In this document: one piece after another, positions 12,269 to 25,229 of the stretch
How positions within the stretch are numbered: the stretch's first letter is position 1
Layout: the number at the start of each line of letters is the position of its first letter
Assembly (NCBI RefSeq): GCF_021028975.2
Contig: NC_059439.1
Span: forward strand, 24,056,001 to 24,120,000
Reading direction: 5' to 3'
From: Sphaerodactylus townsendi
Lineage: Eukaryota
Length of the DNA stretch: 64,000 bases
Notes under the pieces: model-generated
What the model saw: the letters and a program-made list of their open reading frames with translations, nothing else
Told to the model about the DNA's origin: nothing
Databases searched by the model: none
Position numbers and translations under genes: made by a program

Positions 12269-13398
12269 TCAGAGATTCTCTTAAAGGATTTTGGGGTGAG
12301 TGATTGGGGGACATGCCCAGCTCTGGGGTTGTTAGAAGTGCCCTCACCTCGAGTTGCAAAGGGAACCATGAGTGGTTGGTGCCCTGTGGAACCCATTTGC
12401 CATCCCAGGTGACCTCCATCCTGGCTCAGCCAGCTGGCTGATGCAAGGCAGAGGGGGGATACTGACAAGTGGGGTCTCCTGATATTTATCTGCTGACAGG
12501 GAGCTTGCCTGATAACTGGGTCTAAGCCCTTTGCTGTGTTAATGCTCTGAAAGCTGCTGTTGCAATAAAGCTGTGGCTGTTTCTCTCCAACTGAAGTGCT
12601 TCTTTGGTTATTCTGTGTTACTGGGTCACCCACTCCCCATTTTTCCTCTCTCCGTTAATCCCTGGCTCTGCAATCTTGTTAAGATTTTGATGGACTGTCT
12701 ATGTTTCGGAATAGCTCTTCTGGCATTCCATCTGCTCCTTGTGAAATGTTTCTCCCATTTGCTCTCAGTGCACCTTGCCTTGCACTTACAAAAACTGTAG
12801 ATTCTTCTTCAAAAGATTATTTTTGGAACTGGCTATTATAATTATTTGTGCTTCTGAGGTGCTGGAATGCTGCTTTTAGGCTTTTGATTCTGATTCTTTC
12901 ATTTCTTGCTTCTTGTTTGTCTTCGATAATTTTAAAAGCTTTATTAGTCACCTATGAAGGTTTTTCATTTCTCTTGGCTTCGGAAATAATCTTTGCACAT
13001 TCTTTCTTGATAATATCTCTGATCTCAAACCGTATTTCTTCTTGTTCTGGTTCACTTGAACTTAGTAATGCAAGTTCATCTGGAATGTTGCTTAAATTTT
13101 ATTTTGGCCAAATGAATCAATATGAAATATTTATTCTTTTTTTTTTGGTTGGGGAGACACTTGTCCTATAAAATCCAGCTATATGGGAAGAGGCAAATAG
13201 ACAAAGCATTGAAAAGTCACAAAGGTTTTCAGCTTCTTTGGCTTTCAGCTATCTCTCCTGACCATGTCTGTAGCCAAAGCAAGCTTCAATGGCGACAAGG
13301 AAGCCTGAAGGACATTTTACACAAAAGTCCAGCAGAACAGAGTACTGAGTATCACACAACAATGTAACGGAATGTGTAGCAAACAAATACTTCACATG

Positions 13399-13590
13399 TA
13401 TTGTCGAAGGCTTTCACTGCCGGAATATGTTTTGCGTTGTATTGAGCAAGGAAAGTGAATATTTCCTGATGCTGTATAGGCTGGCATCTTCAGAGGATCC
13501 TCTGAAGATGCCAGCCACAGATGCAGGCGAAACGTCAGGAGAGAATGCTGCTAAAATACGGCCATGCAGCCCGGAAACCACACAGCACCC
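13399..13590 (-). mobile_element. Penelope-like element fragment (inverted pLTR plus tail), gene B intron 3
   Basis: 14-bp TSD aaatacttcacatg (13385-13398 / 13591-13604); tail tattgtcgaaggctttcac; fold-back centre cagaggatcctctg. Confidence 0.8.
13498..13540 (+). ncRNA. Minimal type I hammerhead ribozyme motif (PLE-type)
   Basis: UCCU-CUGAAGA-U-GCC(loop)GGC-GAAA-CG-UC|AGGA; stem I UCCU/AGGA; palindromic ACGU replaces helix III; predicted cleavage after C13536. Confidence 0.7.
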
Positions 13591-13641
13591 AAATACTTCA
13601 CATGCTTTTCTATTTGTAGATTCTAAAATCTTAATCATGTT

Positions 13642-13782
13642 GGCCCCTTCCGCACATGCAGAATAATGCATTTTCAAACCACTTTCACAACTGTTTGCAA
13701 GTGAATTTTGCTATTCCGCACAGCTTCAAAGAGCATTGAAAGCAGTTTGAAAGTGCATTATTCTGCATGTGCGGAATGAGCC
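13642..13782. mobile_element. 141-bp Harbinger-type MITE
   Basis: Both TIRs present; TSD not evident. Confidence 0.8.
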
Positions 13783-14186
13783 ACTGATTCTTGAGTCTAA
13801 TCACCTTAGCATATGCTGTGACAAAACATCCAAAACAAGATAGCAGCTACAATAAACAATGTGTCAGTTTTAACTTGTGCAAATGTATAGCCAGTAGAGT
13901 CAGATACAATCTTCAGTCAAAGGCCTGCTGAAAAACAGCAGCCTTATATGTCTTTGGAAGAACTGCCAGCATGTTGTGAAAGGTGGGTCCTGCAACACAG
14001 TAAAGGATGGAACAATTGTCACAAATTTCACAGATCTCCTGAGACCTCATGTTTTCCATCAGAGCTTTGTTTCAATGCTTACACTTCTACCCCTCCTGAA
14101 ATTATACTGACATCTAAATGAAGCATCTAAGTGAAGCACACATTTCTCCTCCTACATACCAATCACTCACTCTCTCTCCACTCCTT

Positions 14187-14327
14187 GGCTCCTTCCGCAC
14201 ATGCAAAATAATGCATTTTCAAACCACTTTCACAACTGTTTGCAAGTGGATTTTGCCATTCCGCACAGCTTCAAAGAGCACTGAAAGCAGTTTGAAAGTG
14301 CATTATTCTGCATGTGGGGAATGAGCC
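14187..14327. mobile_element. 141-bp Harbinger-type MITE
   Basis: TIRs; TSD ctt/ctt. Confidence 0.85.
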
Positions 14328-14624
14328 CTTGTTTTTTTCATTCTCACTTATTTTTGATTGCAAGCTTCTCAGAGTGGGTGCACCATCATTGCAGTCATTA
14401 ACTTCAGTGTAGAACAATAGTGTTAAATATCTTTATTTACTGGACGACATCAATAAATACACTTGCCGTCCAGTTCAAAAGGCAATCACTTGTATTGTGC
14501 TGCTTACGACCATATTGAAATGATATCACTTTCTTAATTTCCTTCCATGCCATCTGACAAAATATTCCCCCTCCATTTAAATACAAGCCTGTTTGCTAAG
14601 TAGATTCAAGCCTGCATACACAGA

Positions 14625-14765
14625 GGCTCATTCCGCACACGCAGAACAATGCACTTTCGAGCTGCTTTCAGTGCTCTTTGAAGCTGTGCAGAATAGCAAA
14701 ATCCACTTGCAAACAGTTGTGAAAGTGGTTTGAAAATGCATTATTTTGCGTGTGTGGAAGGGCCC
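14625..14765. mobile_element. 141-bp Harbinger-type MITE
   Basis: TIRs; TSD aga/aga. Confidence 0.85.
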
Positions 14766-14895
14766 AGAGTGAAAAATAATGATATGCACCATCCTTTAAA
14801 AAGTCATATTCGTTAGTAGATTTAAATATAGGAAATGGTGGCTGTTGCTTTTGTTTTTGTAATAAAGAGGCAGACTTTTTTATTTTTCAATGTAG

Positions 14896-15123
14896 CTCCA
14901 TCACTTTTTGAGAAACATCTCATTTAACAACAGCGCTGGAGATAAGATTGTCTTTGATCACAATGGAGAATTGACAGCAGGACTTGACATTATCAACTGG
15001 GTAACATTTCCAAACCGATCTTTTGTTAGAGTGAAAGTGGGAAAGATCCACGCCCAGGCTCCTTTACAGCAAGCACTTCAGCTAGATGAAGAATCCATGG
15101 TATGGCACCCCCGATTTCACCAG
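14896..15123 (+). CDS. V2R gene B exon 4
   Basis: tgtag|CTC ... CAG|gtagg; 228 bp; LHHFLRNISFNNSAGD, DIINWVTFPN. Confidence 0.93.
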
Positions 15124-15276
15124 GTAGGACTGCAAACCAGCCTCTTTAGGATACAGGCTACTGTGGAATAGCAGGGTGTGTGGGTTCAGGGAGGATCTCT
15201 CATCATTGTTTGGAAACAACCAACAACTTATGGCATGATGTAAGCTCTTATAAGACATAAGAATTTCAAGCCATTG

Positions 15277-15504
15277 TATTGTCGAAGGCTTTCAAGGCCG
15301 GAATCACTGGGGTGCTGTGTGGTTTCCAGGCTGTATGTCCATGTTCTAGCAGCATTCTCTCCTGACGTTTCGCCTGCATCTGTGGCTGGCATCTGTGGCT
15401 GGATGCCAGATCCTCTGAAGATGCTAGCCACAGATGCAGGCGAAACGTCAGGAGAGAATGCTGCTAGAACATGGACATACAGCCCGGAAACCACACAGCA
15501 CCCC
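15277..15504 (-). mobile_element. Penelope-like fold-back element, gene B intron 4
   Basis: 14-bp TSD atttcaagccattg (15263-15276 / 15505-15518); inverted arms of ~85 bp. Confidence 0.85.
15411..15453 (+). ncRNA. Minimal type I hammerhead ribozyme motif
   Basis: tcct CTGAAGA t gct...ggc GAAA cg TC agga; stem II contains one G-U pair. Confidence 0.65.
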
Positions 15505-15551
15505 ATTTCAAGCCATTGTTCCAAGACTAAGGCTTGGTTCTTTTGGTTTAG

Positions 15552-15678
15552 GTACAACCTGTTTCTTTATGCAGTGAGAATTGCAGTCCTGGATATAGAA
15601 TAACAAAGAGGGAAGGGGAGCCCTTCTGCTGTTATAACTGCAGCCAATGTCCAGAAGGGACAATCTCTGATCATCAAG
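15552..15678 (+). CDS. V2R gene B exon 5 (cysteine-rich NCD3G domain)
   Basis: tttag|GTA ... G|gtaag; 127 bp; VQPVSLCSENCSPGY...GEPFCCYNCSQCPEGTISDHQ. Not in the ORF track; translated by hand. Confidence 0.92.
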
Positions 15679-16250
15679 GTAAGAGATGTACACTATAGAT
15701 TCAGATCTGTTGGCAATACACTTAGAGGAATGTGCCTATAACAGAAAGAAAATGTAAAACATAGAAAAGAGGATTAGATGACAAGTTACAACGAAACTGC
15801 GAGCTGGCAGCAAACATTATAGGCACATGGAATACACCACTCAGTTCCATACTGGTTTCTTATTCTAACACTGTATCAAGGAAGAATACACACTCAGCTG
15901 GCAATGCACAGTTGCCCTCTAATGTAGATGGCAGAAAAATGTACTGTATGTTGAGAGATGCAGAAAACCCAAATGAAAATAAGTTTACAAATAAAGTTTG
16001 CAATCCGATGGAGAACTCCTTTGAGTAACAAAACCCTCTTTTAAAAAATGTTTGACGATATTTCTCATTGTTTGCAATCAACTTGCAATCTGGCTGATGT
16101 TCTCCAGTATTAGATATTAGTTATGCAAAACGTATTCCAGCTGGTTTGTTTAATTTATGAACTGAGCTCAATTTCTATTAAGTTTAGTGCACAAATAAAT
16201 GAACAATATGGGCAGTTTGCTACACTTAAAAGACTCTTCTTCTTTTGCAG

Positions 16251-17152
16251 ATATGCCTGACTGTTTCCAATGCTCACTTGGACATTTTCCACACAAGAAC
16301 CAGAGCTATTGCATTCCCAAGATGATCACCTTCTTGTCTTATGAAGAACCTTTGGGAGCTGTTTGTCTTTTTGTTGCTCTGACTCTGTCTTTCACCACAG
16401 TCTTAGTACTTGGAATATTTATAAAGCACCACAGCACACCCATTGTGAAAGCCAACAACAGTAAGCTGACATACACTCTTCTCAGTGCACTTCTGCTCTG
16501 CTTCCTCTGTGCCCTGCTATTCATTCGCAAACCTGGAAAGATAATGTGTCTCCTTCGCCAAACTGCCTTTGGCATCATTTTCTCCATTGCAGTTTCTTCC
16601 GTGTTAGCAAAAACGATCACAGTGATTGTGGCTTTTATGGCCACGAAACCTGGAAGCCAGATGAGGAAATGGGTGGGGAAAAGGCTGTCTGTTTCCATTG
16701 TTCTTTCCTGCTCTTTGATTCAAGTTGGTATTTGTATCATTTGGCTAGTAAATTCTCCTCCTTTCCCAGATGTTGACATGAATTCAATGGCAGAAGAAGT
16801 TGTATTAGAATGTAATGATGCTTCTCCTACTATGTTTTACTGTGTCTTGGGCTATATGGGCCTCCTGGCTAGTGTGAGCTTCCTGGTGGCTTTCATTGCT
16901 AGGAAGCTACCCGACAGTTTCAATGAAGCCAAGTTCATCACTTTCAGCATGCTGATCTTTTGCACCGTTTGGTTATCCTTTGTTCCAGCCTACCTGAGTA
17001 TCAAAGGGAAATACATGGTGGCTGTTGAGATCTTCTCTATCTTAGCCTCCAGTGCTGGCTTACTGGGCTTTATCTTTTCCCCCAAATGCTACATTATTGT
17101 GCTTAGACCTGAACTGAATCACAGAGAGCAGCTAATAAGGAGAAATCAATGA
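16251..17152 (+). CDS. V2R gene B exon 6 (7TM); gene B intact, 871 aa
   Basis: ttttgcag|AT ATG; open to TGA; the six exons sum to 2616 nt. Confidence 0.95.
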
Positions 17153-18808
17153 ACTTGTTGGATTCACCTGAGTTATATTGTAGTTTCATAGCAGTGGAAT
17201 AATTGCTTAGAAGTGTAAACATTGACTCTTCCTACCACCACTATTGTTAAATAACTTTTCAGAGTCCAAAGTTCCCTCATTTCCTGAAGTCTAAATGGAC
17301 AGTTCAGAATATACTTATGCTTTTGGTGGTTTGAATGCATGGATATGAAAATTTATATACACAGTTACTCCACTTTTCCTCAAACAATAGATCACAGATA
17401 AAATGGGAAAAACAGAGGGAAACTAACAGAGAAAAATCAGTGAAGAATTTGTATCATGACTAACTGAAGTGTATAAAGTGTTCATGAAAATTTTTCCTTA
17501 TATGGAAGAGAGGGATTCCCTTGCATTCATTTTAAGAACATAGGAACACAAGTTGCTGATTAAATGGATGTATGAATATTTTATGGTGCAATATCAGTTA
17601 TTCTGTTACCTGAAATGGTGGTAGTCTATCCCTTTTAAGGTGAGTGAATTAGCAAGAGTAAACTCTTTGACTCAGCAAAAGGTCAGGCTAGCTTGAGATC
17701 TTTGTTGCCTATGTGTAACAAGGTAAGCTTTTGCAAGGCAATCTGCAGGAGAGCAAATAAAGTTTAACAAATTTTATTAAGAGATAATTGGGGCCCAAAA
17801 GCATGCAATGATCAAGGCAGCAGATCACACACACACAGTCCAAGGATATTTGCAGTGTTGAGTGGATAGGTATGAAATAAATGAAGGGAATTGGGGAGTA
17901 AGAGTTATTGTCACTTGGATTTTGGAGCGGAATAGTCTAATGAACAGAGCTGAGTGACCCACATTTAGAAGAAAGGACAATGCATAATGGGACAATATCA
18001 ACAGATAGAGAGGTATCCAGAGATATTGAACACTGACTACTGGGAGAGTGGACAAAAAGGGACTCTCAGGGTTATGCAGTGTTGCCCTTAATCTCTCAGG
18101 GCAAGGAGGAGTCCTGCCTTTCTGGGGTAAAAGAAAAGATAGACATCTACCTGAATGGTTTGAGTCATTAATCGTATGGATGAGGCATTAGCTTGATGGA
18201 CCACGCTTGGGAATGCCTGAAGGTGGGAAGGAACTGATGAAATTACAGTTTCTAAAAAAATGACAATGCAAATGAGGTCATTGTTGAAGAGAGATGAAAC
18301 AGAGGATGAAGTTTCTGGGTTAATGCCCCACTGGCAGGAGAACTTGAGGCAAATACATTAACTGTCTTCATGGGTGGATAGTCCACGACTGGAGATGGGA
18401 AGTGAAAGCTTCCAAGGCAGAGGTATATCTAGGGAAATGTAGCCCTTTGCAAAATCTGAGTTTTTCACAGAGGTGAGGGGGTAGTTTGGGAATAAGATAG
18501 GTAACTGTGAAAAGGGTAATATCTGCCTCTCTTGAAGAATAAAGATCCAGAAACAGAGTCCAACGCCTGCATTGCGGCAGCCAAATGGTTATCCTGCGTT
18601 CGAAGTCTCCAAATCTCGGTCTCAAAAGCGCCGAAGTAACACTGAGCAAAACCGGCAGCGTTAACAGCGCTATTCACTGCGTGTTCCAGTTTTCAGCCAT
18701 GACAAAAGAGTTCAATCTTCCATGACAAAGGGAACACTTGTCCTCCAGGAGACAACAATAGGATGGATGTTGAACTTGGCTTAGTGACTCAAAGCTGGGA
18801 AACATTAA

Positions 18809-19310
18809 GGCTGTTTCCGCATGGGCAAAATATGGCGGCCTGGGGACGGCAAAAATGCTGTCCCCAGGCTGCCATTCGCACAGGGGGCGCAGCTGCATCG
18901 CAGCCGCGCCGCCTTCGCAACGCCCACCCGTCCCCACGCCGGCATTTTCCCAAAGCGCTGGGAAGCGCTCTTGTTGGGGAAATGCCGGCTGGAAGCTGCT
19001 GCCGTGTGAACGGCATGCTTCCCGGCGCTTCCCCCCCACCTCCTCGCTTCCCTGCCCAGCTCTCAATATTGTGCTGCGCCTGGGGACACGCCCCTCTGCT
19101 CTGCTTAATCTGGAAGCAGGCGCACAGGGCAGGAAAGGCGTGTTCCCCAGACCTCTCAAAGCATGCCGGAGGGCCGGAGAGCAGGCATGCGACTGTATGC
19201 GACGGGCGCTCGGTTCTAAATCTGGGTCCGTCCGTGCGATCTGTCCCATAACATCGGGTCAGCGTCGAGTACGCTGACCCGGCCTCTTCCGCATTCGTGC
19301 AGAAATGGCC
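18809..19310. mobile_element. GC-rich Harbinger-like element
   Basis: ggctgtttccgca ... tgcagaaatggcc TIRs, flanks taa/tta. Confidence 0.7.
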
Positions 19311-20347
19311 TTAGTGATTGATTAGATTTAGGGTGGAATTGAGGAAACCACAATTCTAGGGATATTCCAATTCAAAGTGAGGTAGTGGTTCCCAAGACTA
19401 AGGCAGAAGGACTGATGGGATTAGAGAAGAAAGAATTTGGTAATTACTGATACAATCAAATCTGACAGTTTTGATTGTATCAGTCTATCTGGCACTTCAC
19501 ATATCTTTTGTGAAGAAGAAAGTAGGTAATCTGAGTACAAGTGCTTTTTTTTAGGGCTTGGCCATTGCTCTCCAGATAGGAAAGATGTAATTGGCTGTTT
19601 TTCATTCCAGTGGGGGACCAAGGAGTTTGTCCATACATACCCTTTTCCTATACACAACACACAGTACAAAGCTGGAGATGGAATCCATTTTAACCTGTAT
19701 TGCCAGAGTACCTTCACGGAGGACTGGGGAAGCACTGCTTTCCTGCCTCACCACTGGTCGGTCTTGTAACAGTATGACCCTATTTGAAAATCATTTTTTT
19801 TTACACATTGAAAAACAAAACATCTTGCTCAAAATTTAACTGAATTTTCCTTTAGACAACTCAATACAGTGCTGGAGATGGCATCCATTTTAAACGGAAA
19901 CGATTTCATCATACATTTTACACATTTAAAAACAACACTTGTTCCTCAAAATTCAACTGACAGTTGAGAATTTGGTCCCCCCTGTAATTACCAAAGGGCT
20001 ATAATTAATTCTCTTGCTTCTTAAATTCTCTGTGGAGAACAAGCAGCCAGGAGCAGAACTGGTTAGGACAACAGTGGCAAGAGATAAATGTTCCTGTTTG
20101 TTTTAGAACTAGCAACAGGCTGAGGTCTACTGAGGAGATTGATTCTACTTTATGATTAAACTCCTGACTTCACTCCTATCAGTGCTAGGCTGATCCCTGG
20201 TCAGTGTAATGGAATCATGGAAACTATTGATTATCTTCTTGTAAAACAGATGGCACAAACTGAACAATAGAAAGTGTTACAGCACCACCATAGTAGCGTT
20301 TCTTCTATAAATTCAACCAGTTATCAGAAACAAAGTTTGCAACTGGG

Positions 20348-20565
20348 ATGCTGATCTTAGTGATGGTGGCGTTACTGGTTTTCAGTCGTGTTGTGGGAAA
20401 GGTTCCTGTTTCTCAATGCGCTGCTGTGGATAGCTCCCCCATTCTTCGTATGTACCTTCAGCCAGGAGATCTTATCATTGGAGCCATTGTATCTCAGACA
20501 CTTATTGCCTCCATTCCGAATGACTTCAAGTGCCAATTACATGGGATGCTATATGAAGAGATTGT
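20348..20565 (+). CDS. V2R gene C exon 1 (orphan; no exons 2-6 before the next gene)
   Basis: 218 bp, 15 nt differences from B exon 1, donor gtatgt; followed by intron 1 homology and then the N gap. Confidence 0.8.
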
Positions 20566-21398
20566 GTATGTTAATTTAAGACTTCTTTTTGTTATACCAT
20601 GTGCACACTTTCTACTTTCTACCTGAATAATCATATAGGTTACCTTCACATGTTTTCGTTTCCATTCCTAGAGATTGGGTCAGACCCAGATCAGCATCAC
20701 CATTACATACGTCATTCAATTTATTACATTAATATTAATCAATATGATTATATTGACAGAGTTCAAGCTAGATAAGTTTGTTTAATCCAGTTTTCATTTG
20801 AATATACATAGATACCTATCTCTATATTTTTAAATATTCTTTTCTCTGGAAAAAGCAGTAAACTGCACAAAAATTGATTTTAAATGTTCCTTGCCCTTCC
20901 CTTAACCATTAGTTAAACCATAAACTAAAGGCATTTGTTTAATGTTACACTAAAAAAATATTCTCATAGCCCTAAAAGATGGTAAAATGCAGAGCAGATA
21001 TTGAATCAGTTTTATAAATAAAGTGCCCAGTTAGAATTTTCTTGGCACCGGATAGCACCAGTGCTGGTCTTGAATTTAAACAGTTGAATAGTCTGGAACT
21101 TTGTTCAATAAGAGTGGCTTAGGTTGCAGACATGTAAGGTGAACAATATCTTCTTAACAGCAGAGAACTGTATTGGAGAATTCTTTGTTCTTTGTTCATC
21201 CTTTCTTTGATAATTGTGACTCAGCCTGTTTCCTGAATTTGGGGATGTTGACTTCATAAAGTGGTATAAATCCATAATACAAAGCCTCCCCTCCTTAGTC
21301 TCATCAGAAAGGGATGGATGGGTGGGATGGGATATGTGTTTGTGTGGTCTGGAATCTCTGAGCCTTCCTCTACCACTTGTTATTGGGCAAGCCATTTC

Positions 21399-21490
21399 NN
21401 NNNNNNNNNNNNNNNNNNNNNNNNNNNNNNNNNNNNNNNNNNNNNNNNNNNNNNNNNNNNNNNNNNNNNNNNNNNNNNNNNNNNNNNNNN
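21399..21490. other. Assembly gap (92 N)
   Basis: Run of n. Confidence 1.
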
Positions 21491-21760
21491 CGAGGGAAGG
21501 GGGAAACAGCGTGTTCCCAGCGGTGCCGTTCGCACTGCGCCGCAGGGAACCCGCTGTTTTCTCAAAAACACCCCTTTAAAGGGGTGTTTTTGAGGATGGC
21601 CTATTGCACGCCCTGAGAAGAGGAAGGGGAACCAGGTGCGGGGATGCTGCTCGCGTTTGGCAGCAGCGCCCGCCTGTCTTGAACGGCAGCCTGGGGGCGA
21701 CATTTTTACCGATCCCAGGCCTGCGTTTTATTGGCTTATCTTGGGAAGCTTGACGCCTTG
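21491..21760. mobile_element. GC-rich Harbinger-like element, interrupted by the gap
   Basis: Reverse-orientation homology to the 34958 element; 34-bp perfect palindrome at 21561-21594. Confidence 0.65.
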
Positions 21761-22668
21761 GCCCCTTTGTAGCAACAAGAGTTACAAAGGATTCGAAACT
21801 GATCATAATATACTCTTCAAGCAACCAATTTCTGGATACTATAGTATAGAGCGGAAGAAAAGAGGTAGATGTAGCATGAGATGTTGCACAAGTGGAACTA
21901 CATGAATTCTGTGTATGTTTCCACTTGCACGTTGCTGGATCCAGTCCATTATGTAGAGTCCAGCAACCAACTGTAACATATAAATAATCTATTATGTCTC
22001 TCTATGAGTATTATAGTAACAATTGAAGCAACTTACAGAACCCCAAATCTGTTTTTAGTTAGACGGTGTCCAGTCAATGAATTTCAGTATCCATAGATAA
22101 GTCTATTAGAATTAAAAATGAAGTTTAGCACTATAAATATAAAGAATTAAGTCAAACTCCAAAAGTTCTGAATTGTATCTATTCATTAAGTAGATGATGG
22201 CTAGCTGTTATAACCAAATCTGTTTAAGTTAGCGGTTTGTATCTTGCCAGATTTTAATGCTCTGATTTCATATTAGCAGTTGTAGCATTAAAAAAAGACT
22301 ATCTGTGTGGGCAGAGTCCATCCTGGACAAATACCAAAATTCCTGCCAGGATGTTGAATTGAATCAGTTCAGCACTCTTCGGCTGTTTCCGCACGGCCAA
22401 ATAACAGCACCCTAGGGACGGCATGGCATTTCTGCTCTCCATATCTGAGGTGTCGGAGCCTGACACCCAGAAGAAGAGTTGATTTTAATACCACACCTTT
22501 CTCTACCAATAGGAGGTTCAAGGGGGCTTACAATCACCTTTTCCCTGTCTATCTGTGTTTCTCAGGACCTGTTAGAGCATAGTCCTTCTGAACTACAAAA
22601 CCAACTCACACAAGCTGAGTAAAAATATTATTGTTATTGTTATTGGGAATGCTACGGGATCACTTTAT

Positions 22669-23121
22669 GGCCCTTTCTGCACAGGCCAATAAACCTGGGT
22701 GAGAGGCAGGTTACATCAATCCGCCCTCGCCCTGGGCTGTTCGCACAAGTGGGGTGCGTGCCTTCGCTAGGCACATGCCTCGCAGCTTTGCAATGAGGTA
22801 GGACCACCTCCAGGGCCATGTTATGGTCCATTCCCCCTGTGTGGCTGCACAGGTGGGAGCCGGGGACTGTGATTCTCTAGTTTGAACACAGCCCCCAAGT
22901 GTGCCTCACAGCCGTGGCGTTTTGCTTGACCACAGCTGTGAGCCATGTTAAATTAAAAGAATTGCTGAAAACACAAATCCCAAAAAAACCACCCTGCAGC
23001 CAATAGTGCAGGTGAGGACGAGTTAGACCTGTGTTGGGGGCAGGAACCATGTGAAGTTCCCACCCAAAATGGGTTTTATCCTGCCCTTCACCCATGTTTA
23101 CTGAACCGTGCGGAAAGGGCC
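22669..23121. mobile_element. Harbinger-like non-autonomous element
   Basis: ggccctttctgcac ... gtgcggaaagggcc TIRs; tat/cat flanks. Confidence 0.7.
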
Positions 23122-24254
23122 CATCTCTAGCTTATCTGCGCTTAGTTGAGTTTTTCTGCCTCCACCACTGCTTCATTTCCTCCTCTCCATCAATGTCTTC
23201 AACAGATGAAATATCTAAAGCACTGGTGAAGGAAAAGTAGAAGAGAAATATAAGGAAAGACATGGGGGGGGGGGTGAGGGATTGCTTCTTTATCTTCTCC
23301 TGGAGAGACTAGAAGACCATCTGTATTCTTTAATATTGTTTCCTTATTCCTTTGTTTTCTTCAGTCATGCACAACTCACTTGGACTGAAACATATTCTTT
23401 CATTCTGTACCTCTTCCCAAATGGTACACAAGGTTCCCCCTCGAGTTCATATGAAATTCTGAATGACCCCACATGGGATGGTGTTACCAAATTTCAGGCA
23501 GATGGGAGAAGACATTTCCATTTTATAGACAAATAAAGGCAAAACCCATTTCTGAGTATATGGCCTTTGCTTTCCTACTATATGGAGGTGAAATTCTGTT
23601 CTATTCCATTGCTTACCATCATGGTTACCCTCTGAAACAAACTTCTGACTCCTGACTTTGAGAATGTCTTGATCCAAGATGTTCAAAGCACCATCAATGG
23701 AACTTCCTAAGGCTCTCTAAGATGTGACTGTGTGCATAACAACTGAGCAAACTTAATACTTCATTTTGAAAACTTCATTGGCATAGGACCATTTGAAAAT
23801 AATACTTTTTAGATATTAAAAGAAAAAAAAACAAAGCATGTTCATGCAGAATCCCACTGACAAATTACAAGTTGGTTCCCCTGTAATTACTAAAAGAACT
23901 GTCATTAATTCTGTTGCTTCCTGAATTCTCTGTAGAAAACAAGCAGATGCCGCAGACAGAACTGATTAGAACAATTGTGGCAGGTGGCGTATTCTGTTTG
24001 TTTCAGAACTGGAGACAGGCAGAAGTCGACTGGGGTGATTTATGCCACTTTACATTTAAATTCATGACTTCAAGACCATCAGTGCTCAGCTGATCTTCAG
24101 TCAGAACAACGTAATCATTGAAATCAATGATTACCTTCTTGTAATACAGGTGGTACACTTTGAGCTCTAGAAAGTGCTTGTTCTACCAAAACCGCTATAC
24201 TGCTATAGAAGCAAACTGGGGAGCCTATTATCAGAGACAAGGTTTACACCTAGC

Positions 24255-24472
24255 ATGCTGATATTAGCGATGGTGGTGTTACTGATTTTCAGCCGTGTTG
24301 TGGGCAAGGCTCATGTTATTCCATCTGCTGCTGTGGATAGCTACCCCATACTTCATAAGTATCTTCAGCCAGGAGACTTCATCCTCAGTGCCCTTGTATC
24401 TCAGACCTCTTTTGTTACAAGTGCCAAAGACTTCAAGTGCCGCCCTCCTGGGATATTATCTGAACAATATGT
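24255..24472 (+). CDS. V2R gene D exon 1
   Basis: ATG MLILAMVVLLIFS; YLQPGD; GT|gtatgt; 218 bp. Confidence 0.9.
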
Positions 24473-25229
24473 GTATGTAATTGAAGACTTCTTTTTCTCT
24501 TAGCATGTGCCCAATTTATATTTTCTACCTGGATAATCATATCGGTGACTTTCACAAGTTGTTGAAGAGGTTGCGCATGACCATAGACAAACTCAGGAGT
24601 TGGTTATTGTGATAGTTTTGGTATGAAAGTATGTGGTGACCACGGTGCTATGACATCAAGTCTCCTAGCATGATGAGATCAATTGAAATGCATAAGTTTA
24701 TTGGCAGACACAGATCACTTTGTGTTGCTTAGAACATGAACATTTAATGTTACACTTAATACATCAAAATCATGCATCCAAAACTTCTGTCCACTAGGTC
24801 ATCTGTTTTTTTTCTTGATACTCACCTTTTCTAAATTAATATTAATGATCTATTTAGCAGCCTGGTTATATGACAGAGTTAAAGCTGATTATGTTCAACG
24901 AAACAATTCTTTTATTTATTTATTTTTTTAAATTATTATATTTTATTGAACTAAAATTGAACTAAAAAAAATTATTAATTGAAATTATTTTATTTCTTAA
25001 TGGGATCTGTTCCTTCAACCAAACTAAACAACAGGATGCAAAATATACTTTCAGACCAGGCAGATCTAATTCCCCCCTTTCGTTTGCATCTTGTATCTTG
25101 AGTTTGACCTGAGGTGCCTCCCCTGCCATATAATGTTTGATATGTCCTTCTGCTTTTGTTTAAACAAAGTATCATGTAACAGTATCAGAACTGCTTAAAA
25201 TAAAAAAAAATAACATTCTTGGTGAAACA

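Noticed and set aside
15228-15603. Overlapping 109-aa ORFs on both strands with the same peptide (LAAFSPDVSPASVA)
   Set aside because: Artefact of the Penelope-like inverted repeat
18674-19277. Stacked GC-rich ORFs (also at 1489, 11662, 34898-35576, 39794 and 49922) suggesting foreign or bacterial genes
   Set aside because: All lie within TIR-bounded, stop-poor GC-rich repeats; no recognisable domains, and frames are not conserved between copies
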